This document shows positions 44,586 to 53,613 of a stretch of DNA of 64,000 bases, in pieces. The DNA lies in assembly GCF_044324875.1 (NCBI RefSeq), contig NZ_CP172185.1; one strand, written 5' to 3'. The position numbers and the translations under genes are program-made. Positions within the stretch are counted from its first letter, which is position 1; the number at the start of each line of letters is the position of its first letter. The DNA comes from Escherichia coli. GTDB lineage: Bacteria > Pseudomonadota > Gammaproteobacteria > Enterobacterales > Enterobacteriaceae. The notes under the pieces are model-generated. The model was not told the origin of the DNA and made no database searches. It was given only the letters and a program-made list of their open reading frames with translations.

Positions 44586-45404
44586 TCAGCGCATGCTCTC
44601 CAGCAGCGTTTCTGCCATCACCCACAATGCGCGGTTGAGTTTTATATCGGTATCAATGCTGTGAATGGCCCGGGTATGGATACGTTTTCCTTTTGCACTG
44701 CGACCGGAAATCCCGCCTTTCAGCATATTCTCCTGGATGGTCTGATAAGCACTCCACAGGTCCTTACCGTAATCCTCCCGGCGTCGTGGTGTCAGAATGT
44801 CGGCGGTGGTGACGGGCTGATGTTCGTCACCATAACGGTAAGTCAGTGCCGCCTGTGCCAGCGCCTGGCGTGCCGGTGGCGGCAGGACCAGCGACTGCAT
44901 GGCATCACGCTTCTCCTCTATCCGGTCAAACACGCCCACCACCTCGTAAGCCCCTTCAATGACTCTGTCCACCACATTTCCCCGGTGCGGAACACGCACT
45001 TCCCCCCGAGACTGACCGCAGACGCATCCGTTCTGGCAGACGAACCTGAAGTAACCCGGCAGCATCTGGTAGCTGGAGGTACCGTCATGAGAGTTGAGCA
45101 GAATAATTTCAGGGACATGTTGTCCGTTTATCTCCCCGTCACGGCGCAGACGCAGCATGTGTTTGGTATACCCCCGGCGACCCGGGTCACGTACGCGGGT
45201 CTGGCAGGCGAAGAATGGCTGAAAGCCTTCCCGCTGCAGGCTTTCCAGCACGGTGATGGTGGGGATGTATGTATAGTTCCGGCTCCGGGAGGTGTGTTTA
45301 TCTTCCCCGAAAATCCCGGGCACATGGTGCATCAGCTCTTCACGGGTCAGCGGACGGTCACGGCGTATCTGGTTCGCATAACCAAAACGACTGGCTAATC
45401 GCAT
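44586..45404 (-). CDS. DUF932-family protein (YfjQ-like)
   Basis: 272-aa ORF, ATG with RBS GGAG; conserved first gene of the antirestriction-radC-TA cassette. Confidence 0.8.
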   Translation of the reverse strand: MRLASRFGYANQIRRDRPLTREELMHHVPGIFGEDKHTSRSRNYTYIPTITVLESLQREGFQPFFACQTRVRDPGRRGYTKHMLRLRRDGEINGQHVPEIILLNSHDGTSSYQMLPGYFRFVCQNGCVCGQSRGEVRVPHRGNVVDRVIEGAYEVVGVFDRIEEKRDAMQSLVLPPPARQALAQAALTYRYGDEHQPVTTADILTPRRREDYGKDLWSAYQTIQENMLKGGISGRSAKGKRIHTRAIHSIDTDIKLNRALWVMAETLLESMR

Positions 45405-45447
45405 ACTTTGCTCCTTATCAGTGGTTAAGACTGAATGACGTAATCAA

Positions 45448-45481
45448 TGAAAAAGCCGCGTCTCACGGAGAAGACGCGGCC
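45448..45481 (-). terminator. Rho-independent terminator after the secreted-protein/small-ORF pair
   Basis: Hairpin gccgcgtct-cacggaga-agacgcggc followed on the minus strand by T5. Confidence 0.5.
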
Positions 45482-45504
45482 TGATGGATGAAATGAATGA
45501 GGGT

Positions 45505-45657
45505 TTACCGAAGCCCTTCAGCATTGTGGTGACGCAACCGGAAATGCGTTCCCTGATCATCTTCAATAAGCACATTGCGGTAAGCTGTTGTGACAGCCAT
45601 CGCCTGTTCGCGTGAGAAAGGGCCTTCGGGCAATAAAACAGGGTGACAGTCCGACAT
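45505..45657 (-). CDS. Small ORF (50 aa), tightly coupled downstream of the 225-aa secreted protein
   Basis: ATG 6 bp after the upstream stop; [41 protein letters not shown]...; below the ORF-track length cut-off; resembles small island proteins but family not verified. Confidence 0.3.
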   Translation of the reverse strand: MSDCHPVLLPEGPFSREQAMAVTTAYRNVLIEDDQGTHFRLRHHNAEGLR

Positions 45658-45662
45658 ACCGG

Positions 45663-46340
45663 CTATTTTCCGATAAATTCAACGCTGGCGCCGGTGGCAT
45701 TACCGTCAGCACCAACCGTGACGGTCACTTTGTCGTACGCACGGTCTTCAGGATTGAACACTTCAAACTCAACCTTATTGCCTTTTACTTCGTAAGAGCC
45801 AAAATCAGCGGTTTCTGTTATTTCCTCGTCATATTCCCGGGCGTATGCCTGCCGGGCAGCCTGCAGGACGGAATCTTTATTAATAGTGGTCGTCTGTTTC
45901 GGGGAAAAACCGGCAAGTGATGTGACAAATTTCGGACAGACCTTCAGCATATCACCGCGGGTGAATTCCATTCGTACACCAAATGCCTGTAAAACGGACA
46001 CATCACGCTCTGCTATGGAGTGAACGGCTTTTTTGACCATTTCCGGCGCCTGTCCGACTTCCACCTCAACAGCCCTGAATCCTGTCTGCTGATTACACAT
46101 TTGTGATGTGGGGATCAGGTTACCGTTAATACTGATACGGTTGCCCAGGAGCGTCTGTACGCCATTCGGGCATCCCTGCATCAGGCCGGTAATACCAATC
46201 GTGCCATTTTTCAGCATTACCAGCGCCTGACCATCTTCCGTCATGGTCTGACACCAGCCGTTTTTGACAGCCCAGTTGCCGGCGGAGGCGGAGAATGATG
46301 CCACAGTGAACAGCAGGGGAAAAAGAATTCTGGTATTCAT
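45663..46340 (-). CDS. Secreted/periplasmic hypothetical protein (225 aa) with signal peptide
   Basis: N-terminus [23 protein letters not shown] (signal peptide with AxA-type cleavage site); RBS GAGG; occupies the cargo slot between the GTPase and DUF932 genes. Confidence 0.6.
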   Translation of the reverse strand: MNTRILFPLLFTVASFSASAGNWAVKNGWCQTMTEDGQALVMLKNGTIGITGLMQGCPNGVQTLLGNRISINGNLIPTSQMCNQQTGFRAVEVEVGQAPEMVKKAVHSIAERDVSVLQAFGVRMEFTRGDMLKVCPKFVTSLAGFSPKQTTTINKDSVLQAARQAYAREYDEEITETADFGSYEVKGNKVEFEVFNPEDRAYDKVTVTVGADGNATGASVEFIGK

Positions 46341-46458
46341 GACTGACCTCTGAAATTAAAGAGCGTGTTATTGATAATGACAGACGGTATACGGCAGTGG
46401 TTACCGTAATCCGTTGTCGTGTAAAGGTATACGGTTGCCACGGGGGACTCCGGAGCGT

Positions 46459-47343
46459 TCAGAACAGGTGATCCCACAGAGTGACCAGCAGGTGGATAAT
46501 GCGGTCCCGGGTTTTGCGCAGAAGCTGTAACATCCAGGCCGGAAAACTGAAACGGGCAACGGCGTCGTCAAAACTTTTCCCGATGGTTTCACCAAAAGTC
46601 TGTTGTGCGTGTTTCTGGACCCGTTCAGAGCGGTTTTCCCCCCGGATATGTGAATAAACCGCGCTGGTTGCCTGTGGCGGCAGTGCGTGGATCATCAGTG
46701 ACACCAGTGCCGGAATATTCCAGCCGACAGGCGCGGCAACGGGGAGTACCGGAAATGATGAAGGGAACAGGGTTGCCACCCGGGCTGTCACCGTCGCCAG
46801 CGAGAGTTCCTGGTGACGGGACGGGCATTTTTCTGTGTCGTTCCATTCTTCAGCAGGAAATACGCGATCGGCATGGCTGAGAACAAACAGAAAACGCGAG
46901 GGATCTGCACCTTCATTCAGTAAAAACTGATGCATGGCGATGTCGGCAGCATACGCACGTTCATCAGCCCGCAGGATCCAGATAATCAGATCCAGTTCGG
47001 GCAGTAACTGACTGTAAAGTGCCCGGTATTCCTGATCATGCTGTGGTGTTTCGCCAGTGCCGGGCAGATCGACCAGCGTCATTCTTCGTTCACCGGGCTG
47101 AAAGGTAAGACGATGAGCCTGACGGGTGCAGCCGTTCAGCGGATGCGTGGCGCAGACACGGGACTGAAAAATGGCATTGCACAGGCTGCTTTTTCCGGCA
47201 CCGGATTTACCCATAATGCCAATCACGGGCTCGTAATGAATAACACTGTGGAGATGTTCAAGGATTTTCTGGCGAATTTCTTCAGGAAGAAACGTCAGAT
47301 ATGATTTCACTTGTGCGGAGAGGGAAGAATGGCTGAATGACAT
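46459..47343 (-). CDS. YeeP/YfjP/YkfA-family GTPase
   Basis: 294-aa ORF with P-loop GIMGKSGAGKSS and G3 motif DLPGTG; typical lead gene of CP4-type island cassettes. Confidence 0.85.
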   Translation of the reverse strand: MSFSHSSLSAQVKSYLTFLPEEIRQKILEHLHSVIHYEPVIGIMGKSGAGKSSLCNAIFQSRVCATHPLNGCTRQAHRLTFQPGERRMTLVDLPGTGETPQHDQEYRALYSQLLPELDLIIWILRADERAYAADIAMHQFLLNEGADPSRFLFVLSHADRVFPAEEWNDTEKCPSRHQELSLATVTARVATLFPSSFPVLPVAAPVGWNIPALVSLMIHALPPQATSAVYSHIRGENRSERVQKHAQQTFGETIGKSFDDAVARFSFPAWMLQLLRKTRDRIIHLLVTLWDHLF

Positions 47344-47448
47344 ACCGGTATCCTGTTGATTTCACTGAACCGGATCACACTAATCCGGTTTATCATTCAG
47401 GTAATATGGGCGTGAAAAAATCTGGAGTGACAAAGTTCGGGAGGAGTG

Positions 47449-48399
47449 ATGGCATCACTGTCGATTAATACGCTACGCCGAATGAGCATTTGTAAAAGTC
47501 AGGCCTGGAAAGATACCCAGCGAATACTGAAGCGTAGTGGACTTGTGTACAGAGGGGAACGGTCAGAATCGTTTGATCCTGAGAAACATTTTAATCGTTA
47601 TACGGTGCGTTATCTGTACCTGCTTAACATAATTGCGCTTAAGATAAGGTCGGTTAGTAAATTTTCCTGTTGGATCGAGGTGGGACAATGCCATCGTATG
47701 ACTGGTAAACATTTATCTCTTAATGCCCCGCCTTTTATGCTGATTCCGCGTAGTATCCGGAGAAAAGTGGATGGATTCAGACAGTCAAAAGGTGAAGCAA
47801 CCCCAAAATCGGCTCAACCGTTCACGGGCAGTTTGTATGAGGTTTTGAGAAAGGAGAGCGATTCAGCTAAGCTGGACGCATGGATTGCTGAACTGCCTCT
47901 GAACTTGCAGGAGGAGGGAAAGGAAATCTCAGTCATGGGATTTAGTCCACGGGCTGTGGCCCGACCTGTTCTTCGGTCAGCATCCCCGACGTTTGAACTG
48001 TTTTATCAGGAGTATCAATCCCTAAGATTAAAATCTGTTTTTAAATTTGAACCAAGATTTGAACAACTTTTAACAAGACTGAGCTTTAGAAAACAATCAA
48101 TTCTCAGAAAACAACAATACAGGGTTAAATCGCAATTACTGGAGAGACTGGGGAATGTGTTGTTTTTCACGTCGCTTTATAACCAGGGATGTTTAGAGGA
48201 GTTTATAAATGCACTTGTGGAAAAGGAGGACATTTATCTGAAAATGTCCCCTGGGGAGGAAAAGGTGAAAGCACACCAGAAAATGGTTAACTACATTGAA
48301 GCGTTCTGCAACAAAATGACGGAAAAATACCTGATGCCCGCAGCAAGCAGACACTACAAAAAGAAGAAAATCGCCAGGAGCGAAAGTGGTGAAAGTTAA
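47449..48399 (+). CDS. Hypothetical protein (316 aa), low GC, unrecognised family
   Basis: Strong RBS GGGAGGAG 4 nt before ATG 47449; divergent from the GTPase gene; basic and coiled-coil-rich; no motif I can assign. Confidence 0.55.
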   Translation: MASLSINTLRRMSICKSQAWKDTQRILKRSGLVYRGERSESFDPEKHFNRYTVRYLYLLNIIALKIRSVSKFSCWIEVGQCHRMTGKHLSLNAPPFMLIPRSIRRKVDGFRQSKGEATPKSAQPFTGSLYEVLRKESDSAKLDAWIAELPLNLQEEGKEISVMGFSPRAVARPVLRSASPTFELFYQEYQSLRLKSVFKFEPRFEQLLTRLSFRKQSILRKQQYRVKSQLLERLGNVLFFTSLYNQGCLEEFINALVEKEDIYLKMSPGEEKVKAHQKMVNYIEAFCNKMTEKYLMPAASRHYKKKKIARSESGES

Positions 48400-49184
48400 T
48401 CCAGTCTACCGTACAGAATCAGTTGTTCCAGAATAGCCTGCTGTGTTGTTTTCCGCTCTCTGGTCAGTCTGTCCAGAGCGCTTTTTGCGGATGGCGATAT
48501 CTTTACGTTGATTTGTACCCGTTTATCTTTTTTTCCATCGATAAACTGTTTTCTGAATGCATTGTGCATCTTGTCGAAAAATCTTTCTTTTGCAGCGAAT
48601 CCTAGGTGAAATTCTTTTGGCGTCAGTAAACAGGGTGTGTCTGTGGGGAATAACATTTTTAGTAAAACTACAATGGCAATATATCTTTCGTTATCATTTA
48701 CAGGATTAAACCAGGAAAGATATGTGGGTGAGATACGTGCATCAATATATTCCCATGCCCATTTCAGTTGTTCGGTATTCTTTTTAAGCCATTTGGCTTC
48801 GTTTCTCTTTTCGAGTCCCAGCCAGTTTTGATGCATTATTGAGATAATCCGATCTGCTTCCCCATAAAGGATTAACGCATTAATCCATTTCCCTATAACA
48901 TTCAGTCGTGTTTCATGACTTGAAGGAATAATTGTCATGGGGTTATCCTTCATAACGATCACCCCCTTCAAGGCAGAGTTGAACTCAGATTCATTATTAA
49001 GTTTAAGTTTTTCGGGAACTGTATGAGACATAATTAACCAGAACCAGAATGCTGCAATTTCATTTTTTCTGATCCATTCAGGTATGTGATTATCTGCCAG
49101 ATTATTATCATTCAATAAATGCTCAGTTGTTTTATTTTTCCAGTCATATCTATTCACGTTATAACCGCCTTTATATTGTTTCAT
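48396..49184 (-). CDS. Hypothetical protein (about 262 aa), low GC, C-terminal ribbon-helix-helix-like segment
   Basis: ATG 49184 with RBS GAGG 8 nt upstream (the track ORF starts 29 codons earlier); stop overlaps the convergent gene stop by 4 nt; C-terminus KISPSAKSALDRLTRERKTTQQAILEQLI resembles RHH DNA-binding folds. Confidence 0.5.
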   Translation of the reverse strand: MKQYKGGYNVNRYDWKNKTTEHLLNDNNLADNHIPEWIRKNEIAAFWFWLIMSHTVPEKLKLNNESEFNSALKGVIVMKDNPMTIIPSSHETRLNVIGKWINALILYGEADRIISIMHQNWLGLEKRNEAKWLKKNTEQLKWAWEYIDARISPTYLSWFNPVNDNERYIAIVVLLKMLFPTDTPCLLTPKEFHLGFAAKERFFDKMHNAFRKQFIDGKKDKRVQINVKISPSAKSALDRLTRERKTTQQAILEQLILYGRLD

Positions 49185-49804
49185 CTGATTACGCCTCAAT
49201 CGTTTTCTTTTCTGGTGATTTTCACCATCACATGTCAGTTGTATATGCAAGGGGATCAATAAAAATATCACCCTGCAAGCACTTCAAAGCTGATTATGGG
49301 GATATTCTAGAACTATTCACAAAACTATTCCAGACATATCAAGAACTATTTCTTGACCTATTCATAATAAAATAAAACATGCTATCAACTACGGCTCATA
49401 TTCTCCTTGGGGGTGTCGTTGTACTGTTCGACTGTTCTTGTGGTCAGATTAACAATCTGAAGAGTAAAAGCGACAGTAATCTGTCTGTTATAGTGGCGAT
49501 AAAAACACTGAATGCGCATCCTGTATGTGAAATCCTGTCATGTAGAGCAGTAAGCAATGACAGACATGCATGTTATATGTGAAGGGGGCCGGGAGACGAC
49601 ATAATCAGTATGGCTGTCATTCTGGTTGTAAAACGCGATCACTTTCCGGGGGTAAAAGATGATATGGAGGTTGACAAACGGTTTGCTTCGGATTGTCTTT
49701 TCTGGGGCCTGAAATACGAGGGCAGAAAAATAATTCCAGAGTAAATCTGCTCTGTTTTTAGGACAGAAAACTCCATGCTGGCTGTAAAAGTGAAAAATTA
49801 ACAC

Positions 49805-50881
49805 CCAGTATGTATGGAAGTCTGAAGATGTTGAGAATGTCGGTATGATACTATATACACATATTTTACTAAGTATTTTTACTAAGCATTTCAGTAAGTG
49901 TTATACACGTATTTTCTACTAAGTGTTTTACCAGACATACACGTGTTTTCATAAACAGCCCTATAAGTGTTTTCATTAAGCATTGCTGTACACATTGCTT
50001 TGTCTGAAACACATCCAGTTTAGTAAATCTTTACGTTAGCTAAAATCAGTTTAAAGCTGCTGTAAAACCTTTCTGTTTAAGCAATCAATCTGCTATTCGA
50101 TTTTACTGATGTTGCGTTTAACCTTTTCTGAGATTTCGAGTTTCGACGTTAGCATGAGAAAAGTATCTTTACGCTAAATCAACCCGAACTTTCCTGAAGT
50201 AATCTGACGTTTTTTTCGATGTGCTTACGACGATTCTGTTAAACGACTTTCTGGATGTTTTGATAACAATCAGATTGAGGCATTAACGATTCCTGACGTT
50301 TTCTTTTCCGTGTAAGGTCATTCTTTTTGTCATGAGGTTTCTTCTTGCATTGCGAAAGTGTGATGAACGGTTTTGGTGTTTTTGATTCAGATAAGGTTTA
50401 CGTTATCGATGGTTAATCGTTTTTATGGTGCGTAGTGAAACGTAACTTTTTCAGGATGAGAAAATCGATTCTGATGTTGGTGATTTTTGTTCTTGTGGCG
50501 GGGTTTATCTGTAAACAGGTTTTAAACGTGTCATTCACATCCGTGATTGAGTTGTGTGATTAAGCTGTAGGTTTTGGGGTTGTTGTTGATTTGCATTACC
50601 AGGAAGCGTTCTGGTTGCGTTTCTGGTGTTTTGTTCGAATGTTCTGTGGATCCTTTTCCCTTCTGACTTTTCTCGTTGTCCATGTCGTTTTTAAATCCAT
50701 TCGCTGTTCTTGAGTGTTTTTACCCTGCGTGTAGAATTATCTTTTCGTTCCGGGATGGTTTGTTCCGTTTCAATCACTCTTAATCAGAGAGTTGTAGCAT
50801 TGCTCAATGCCGGATGCCGTAAAGTTTTACCGCGGTGATTAATGATGTGAAGTCAATCCAAATCAACGGAGATCTCTCATC
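49805..50881. other. ORF-free, T-rich (plus strand) 1.08-kb non-coding region with repeated short motifs, upstream of the first gpII-like gene
   Basis: No ORF of 60 aa or more in any frame; strong T over A and G over C skew on the plus strand; repeated TAAGTGTTTT-like and TTTTCG/GTTT units. Confidence 0.5.
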
Positions 50882-51613
50882 ATGAATCAACCAATACATA
50901 ATGCTTACTGGTTATCCCGTTTTGACAGCCTTCTCGACAGTGCCCTGGCGCAGCACCGTGCCGTCTCGTTAATCCGGGTGGATTTACGTTTCCCTGAGTA
51001 TATGCCTGTCACCATCATGGATCCCGATCCGGATTCAGCGGTGATTTCTCGTTTTTTTGCATCCCTGAAAGCCAAAATTCAGGCTTACCAGCGGAAAAAA
51101 AGATGTGCCAATCAGCGTGTGCATGCAACCAGCCTGCGTTATTTCTGGTGCCGGGAGTTCGGCAAGGAAAAAGGCAGGAAACATTATCACGTGATATTAC
51201 TGCTCAACAAAGATACCTGGTGCTCGCCAGGGGATTTCACCGTTCCTTCTTCGCTGGCGACACTGATCAAGCTGGCATGGTGTAGCGCTCTGCATCTTGA
51301 GCCCTGGCAGGGTAATGGACTGGTTCATTTTTCCAGGCGGACGCCTTTCCGTAAACCGGCATCATCTGATGCTCGCCCTTCTTCCGATGATACGCCTTTG
51401 TCGGGTGGATGTTCTGATACCAGGAAGGCTTCAGAAAAAAAGCCGGGTGAAGCCGCTGTTCTCTGGATCAAGCGTGGTGATGTGGAAGCGCTGCAGAAAG
51501 CCCGGAACAGAGCCAGTTATCTCGTGAAATATGAGACGAAGCAGCATGACGGTTCCGGGCAACGTAATTATGGTTGCAGTCGTGGGCCGGGGCGTCTGCT
51601 GGATGGCAGGTGA
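50882..51613 (+). CDS. Inovirus gpII-like (YagK/YfjJ-family) protein, putative HUH-type replication initiator
   Basis: 243-aa ORF with HYHVILLL (His-hydrophobic-His) motif; family typical of P4/CP4-like islands. Confidence 0.65.
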   Translation: MNQPIHNAYWLSRFDSLLDSALAQHRAVSLIRVDLRFPEYMPVTIMDPDPDSAVISRFFASLKAKIQAYQRKKRCANQRVHATSLRYFWCREFGKEKGRKHYHVILLLNKDTWCSPGDFTVPSSLATLIKLAWCSALHLEPWQGNGLVHFSRRTPFRKPASSDARPSSDDTPLSGGCSDTRKASEKKPGEAAVLWIKRGDVEALQKARNRASYLVKYETKQHDGSGQRNYGCSRGPGRLLDGR

Positions 51614-51939
51614 GCCCTGTAAAACGACATCCGGTGCCTGAGCTTATGCTACAGGACGTTGGCTGACGCCCTTAGCTCGTTTTCTGAAAAAGTCGTCCTG
51701 AAGTCATGCAACGGTATTTTTCTCTGCTTTCGCTCCTGGAAACACTCCGTCGGTAAAACCTTACTGTCCTGCTTAATGATGTGAACCGAAGTCAACGGAG
51801 ATCATTCATTCTGAACCTGCATCCGGTGTTCTGTCCCTTGTCGGTTACCTGATCTTCCCGTTCTGCCGCGGTTTTTCACTTATTCCATCAACCCCATACG
51901 CAAGCCATAACACGTCAGCGCATCCACGGGCAGGACGCG

Positions 51940-52542
51940 TTGTGGGCTGCGTATAACGGAACATATCTTATGAATGCTATCCCTTATTTCGACTATAGCA
52001 TGGCGCCCTTCTGGCCATCTTATCAGAACAAAATCATCGGCGTTCTCAACCGTGTGTTGCGCGAGCAGTCCTGCTCCCGAATACGGCGGATCCTGCTTCG
52101 TCTGCCGGGGGAACATGGCAACATCTTCAGCGACAGAAAAACCTGGTTCGGTATGGCCTTTATCGAAACCGTCAGTGCGCTGATGAATGCAACCCCCGGA
52201 CGCGACCTCTGCTGGCTCCTGACCCGTCATCCTGAAAAACCGGAATACCACGTGGTGCTGTGCGTCAGACAGGAATATTTCGACGGCCCTGAGCTGGACC
52301 GGTTGATTCTGGATGCCTGGAGCAACGTACTGGGCTTCGCGTCACCGGGTGAAGCAGCACCGTACCAGAAACAGATAACCCGGGATGTGGTGCTGGACAG
52401 TTGTTCACCGGACTGCGAAGAGAGACTCAAAGAGCTGATATGGGCGTTCAGTGATTTCGCCCGCGATCGTCGTGGTGTGCGCGATCCGGAAGCCCGTTAC
52501 CTCGCCGGTAATCCCTGGTATCCCGTAGCAGGCCAGCTCTGA
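51940..52542 (+). CDS. Inovirus gpII-like (YagK/YfjJ-family) paralog
   Basis: 200-aa ORF with EYHVVLCV motif and a similar upstream sequence motif to the 50882 gene. Confidence 0.6.
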   Translation: MWAAYNGTYLMNAIPYFDYSMAPFWPSYQNKIIGVLNRVLREQSCSRIRRILLRLPGEHGNIFSDRKTWFGMAFIETVSALMNATPGRDLCWLLTRHPEKPEYHVVLCVRQEYFDGPELDRLILDAWSNVLGFASPGEAAPYQKQITRDVVLDSCSPDCEERLKELIWAFSDFARDRRGVRDPEARYLAGNPWYPVAGQL

Positions 52543-52610
52543 AAGCTCAGCTCAGCAGATTCACCCGCATTTGCCCAACATTCATAAATCTCACAGAGGA
52601 CATTCTGACC

Positions 52611-52847
52611 ATGTTGACCTCAATGACAGGTCACGACAGCGTATTGCTGCGTGCCGACGATCCCCTGATCGACATGAACTACATCACCAGCTTCACTGGT
52701 ATGACCGACAAATGGTTTTACAAGCTGATCAGTGAAGGCCATTTCCCTAAACCCATCAAACTGGGGCGCAGCAGCCGCTGGTACAAAAGTGAAGTGGAGC
52801 AGTGGATGCAGCAACGAATCGAGGCATCACGAGGGGCAGCAGCATGA
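52611..52847 (+). CDS. alpA: AlpA-family prophage transcriptional regulator (P4-type)
   Basis: 78-aa ORF with MerR-like HTH (ITSFTGMTDKWFYKLISEGHFPKPIKLGRSSRWYKSEVEQWM). Confidence 0.8.
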   Translation: MLTSMTGHDSVLLRADDPLIDMNYITSFTGMTDKWFYKLISEGHFPKPIKLGRSSRWYKSEVEQWMQQRIEASRGAAA

Positions 52848-53596
52848 AACGTGTTGTAATGCCGGTACGCTGGCAATGTGCAAAATACCAGCGTTGGTAT
52901 TGTGGAAATCAGCCCTGTCCCTGGTGCTGGCGACCTGCTGCCCCCGTCTGTCATTCCTCGTTCTTCGCTGTAACAGGCATCGTACCGGTCTCGGCGTGCT
53001 TTCCTGCGTACCGACACCGGTTCAGCAACATTCAAGGGGATCAAATCGTGCAAATAACCGAAACCGTACTTTCAGAGCCGGTGGAAATCCGGCGTTTTAT
53101 TCAGCAGGCGGTGGATCACTGGCCGCGTCTGCTGGCCGTCCACTTCACACTCCATTCGGCAGAAGGAAACATCAACGGACAACAGATTCATGCATTCTGT
53201 ACTTCCTTTTACCGACAGGTGCACGAGCGTATTACTGAACGTAATCACACGGCCAGTCCAGCACCACCGGTGGTATTACGCTGGTTGCGGGAACAACATG
53301 GAGGAGCAACAATGCGATGCCTGTTGCTGCTCAGCCAGACGAGCATTTGCCATCCACGGGTCAGTGCCACGGTTGATGAAGAATGTTCGCAACGGGTGGA
53401 TTTATTGCAACAGACATGGCGGGTGATAAGTGCTGACGGACAATGCCGGGTGGAAAGGTGTTTTCAGGCTGCCCGGGGTGATACATCCGGCCAGTATATT
53501 GCGTTAAAAACAGTTGCATTGTCTCTGGGGTTACCGGTTGTGACCGGTATTACCCATCGCCCGGTACAGCGCTGTACATTGATTACAGCTCAGTGA
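52844..53596 (+). CDS. Hypothetical protein (250 aa), translationally coupled to alpA; possibly a third gpII-like paralog
   Basis: ATGA overlap with the alpA stop; contains AVHFTLHS in a context resembling the other two paralogs; Cys/Trp-rich N-terminus. Confidence 0.45.
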   Translation: MKRVVMPVRWQCAKYQRWYCGNQPCPWCWRPAAPVCHSSFFAVTGIVPVSACFPAYRHRFSNIQGDQIVQITETVLSEPVEIRRFIQQAVDHWPRLLAVHFTLHSAEGNINGQQIHAFCTSFYRQVHERITERNHTASPAPPVVLRWLREQHGGATMRCLLLLSQTSICHPRVSATVDEECSQRVDLLQQTWRVISADGQCRVERCFQAARGDTSGQYIALKTVALSLGLPVVTGITHRPVQRCTLITAQ

Positions 53597-53613
53597 ACAG
53601 CGCTGTTGTGCAG

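Noticed and set aside
44559-45398. 279-aa plus-strand ORF
   Set aside because: Antisense to the DUF932 gene, which has a proper start/RBS and conserved cassette position.
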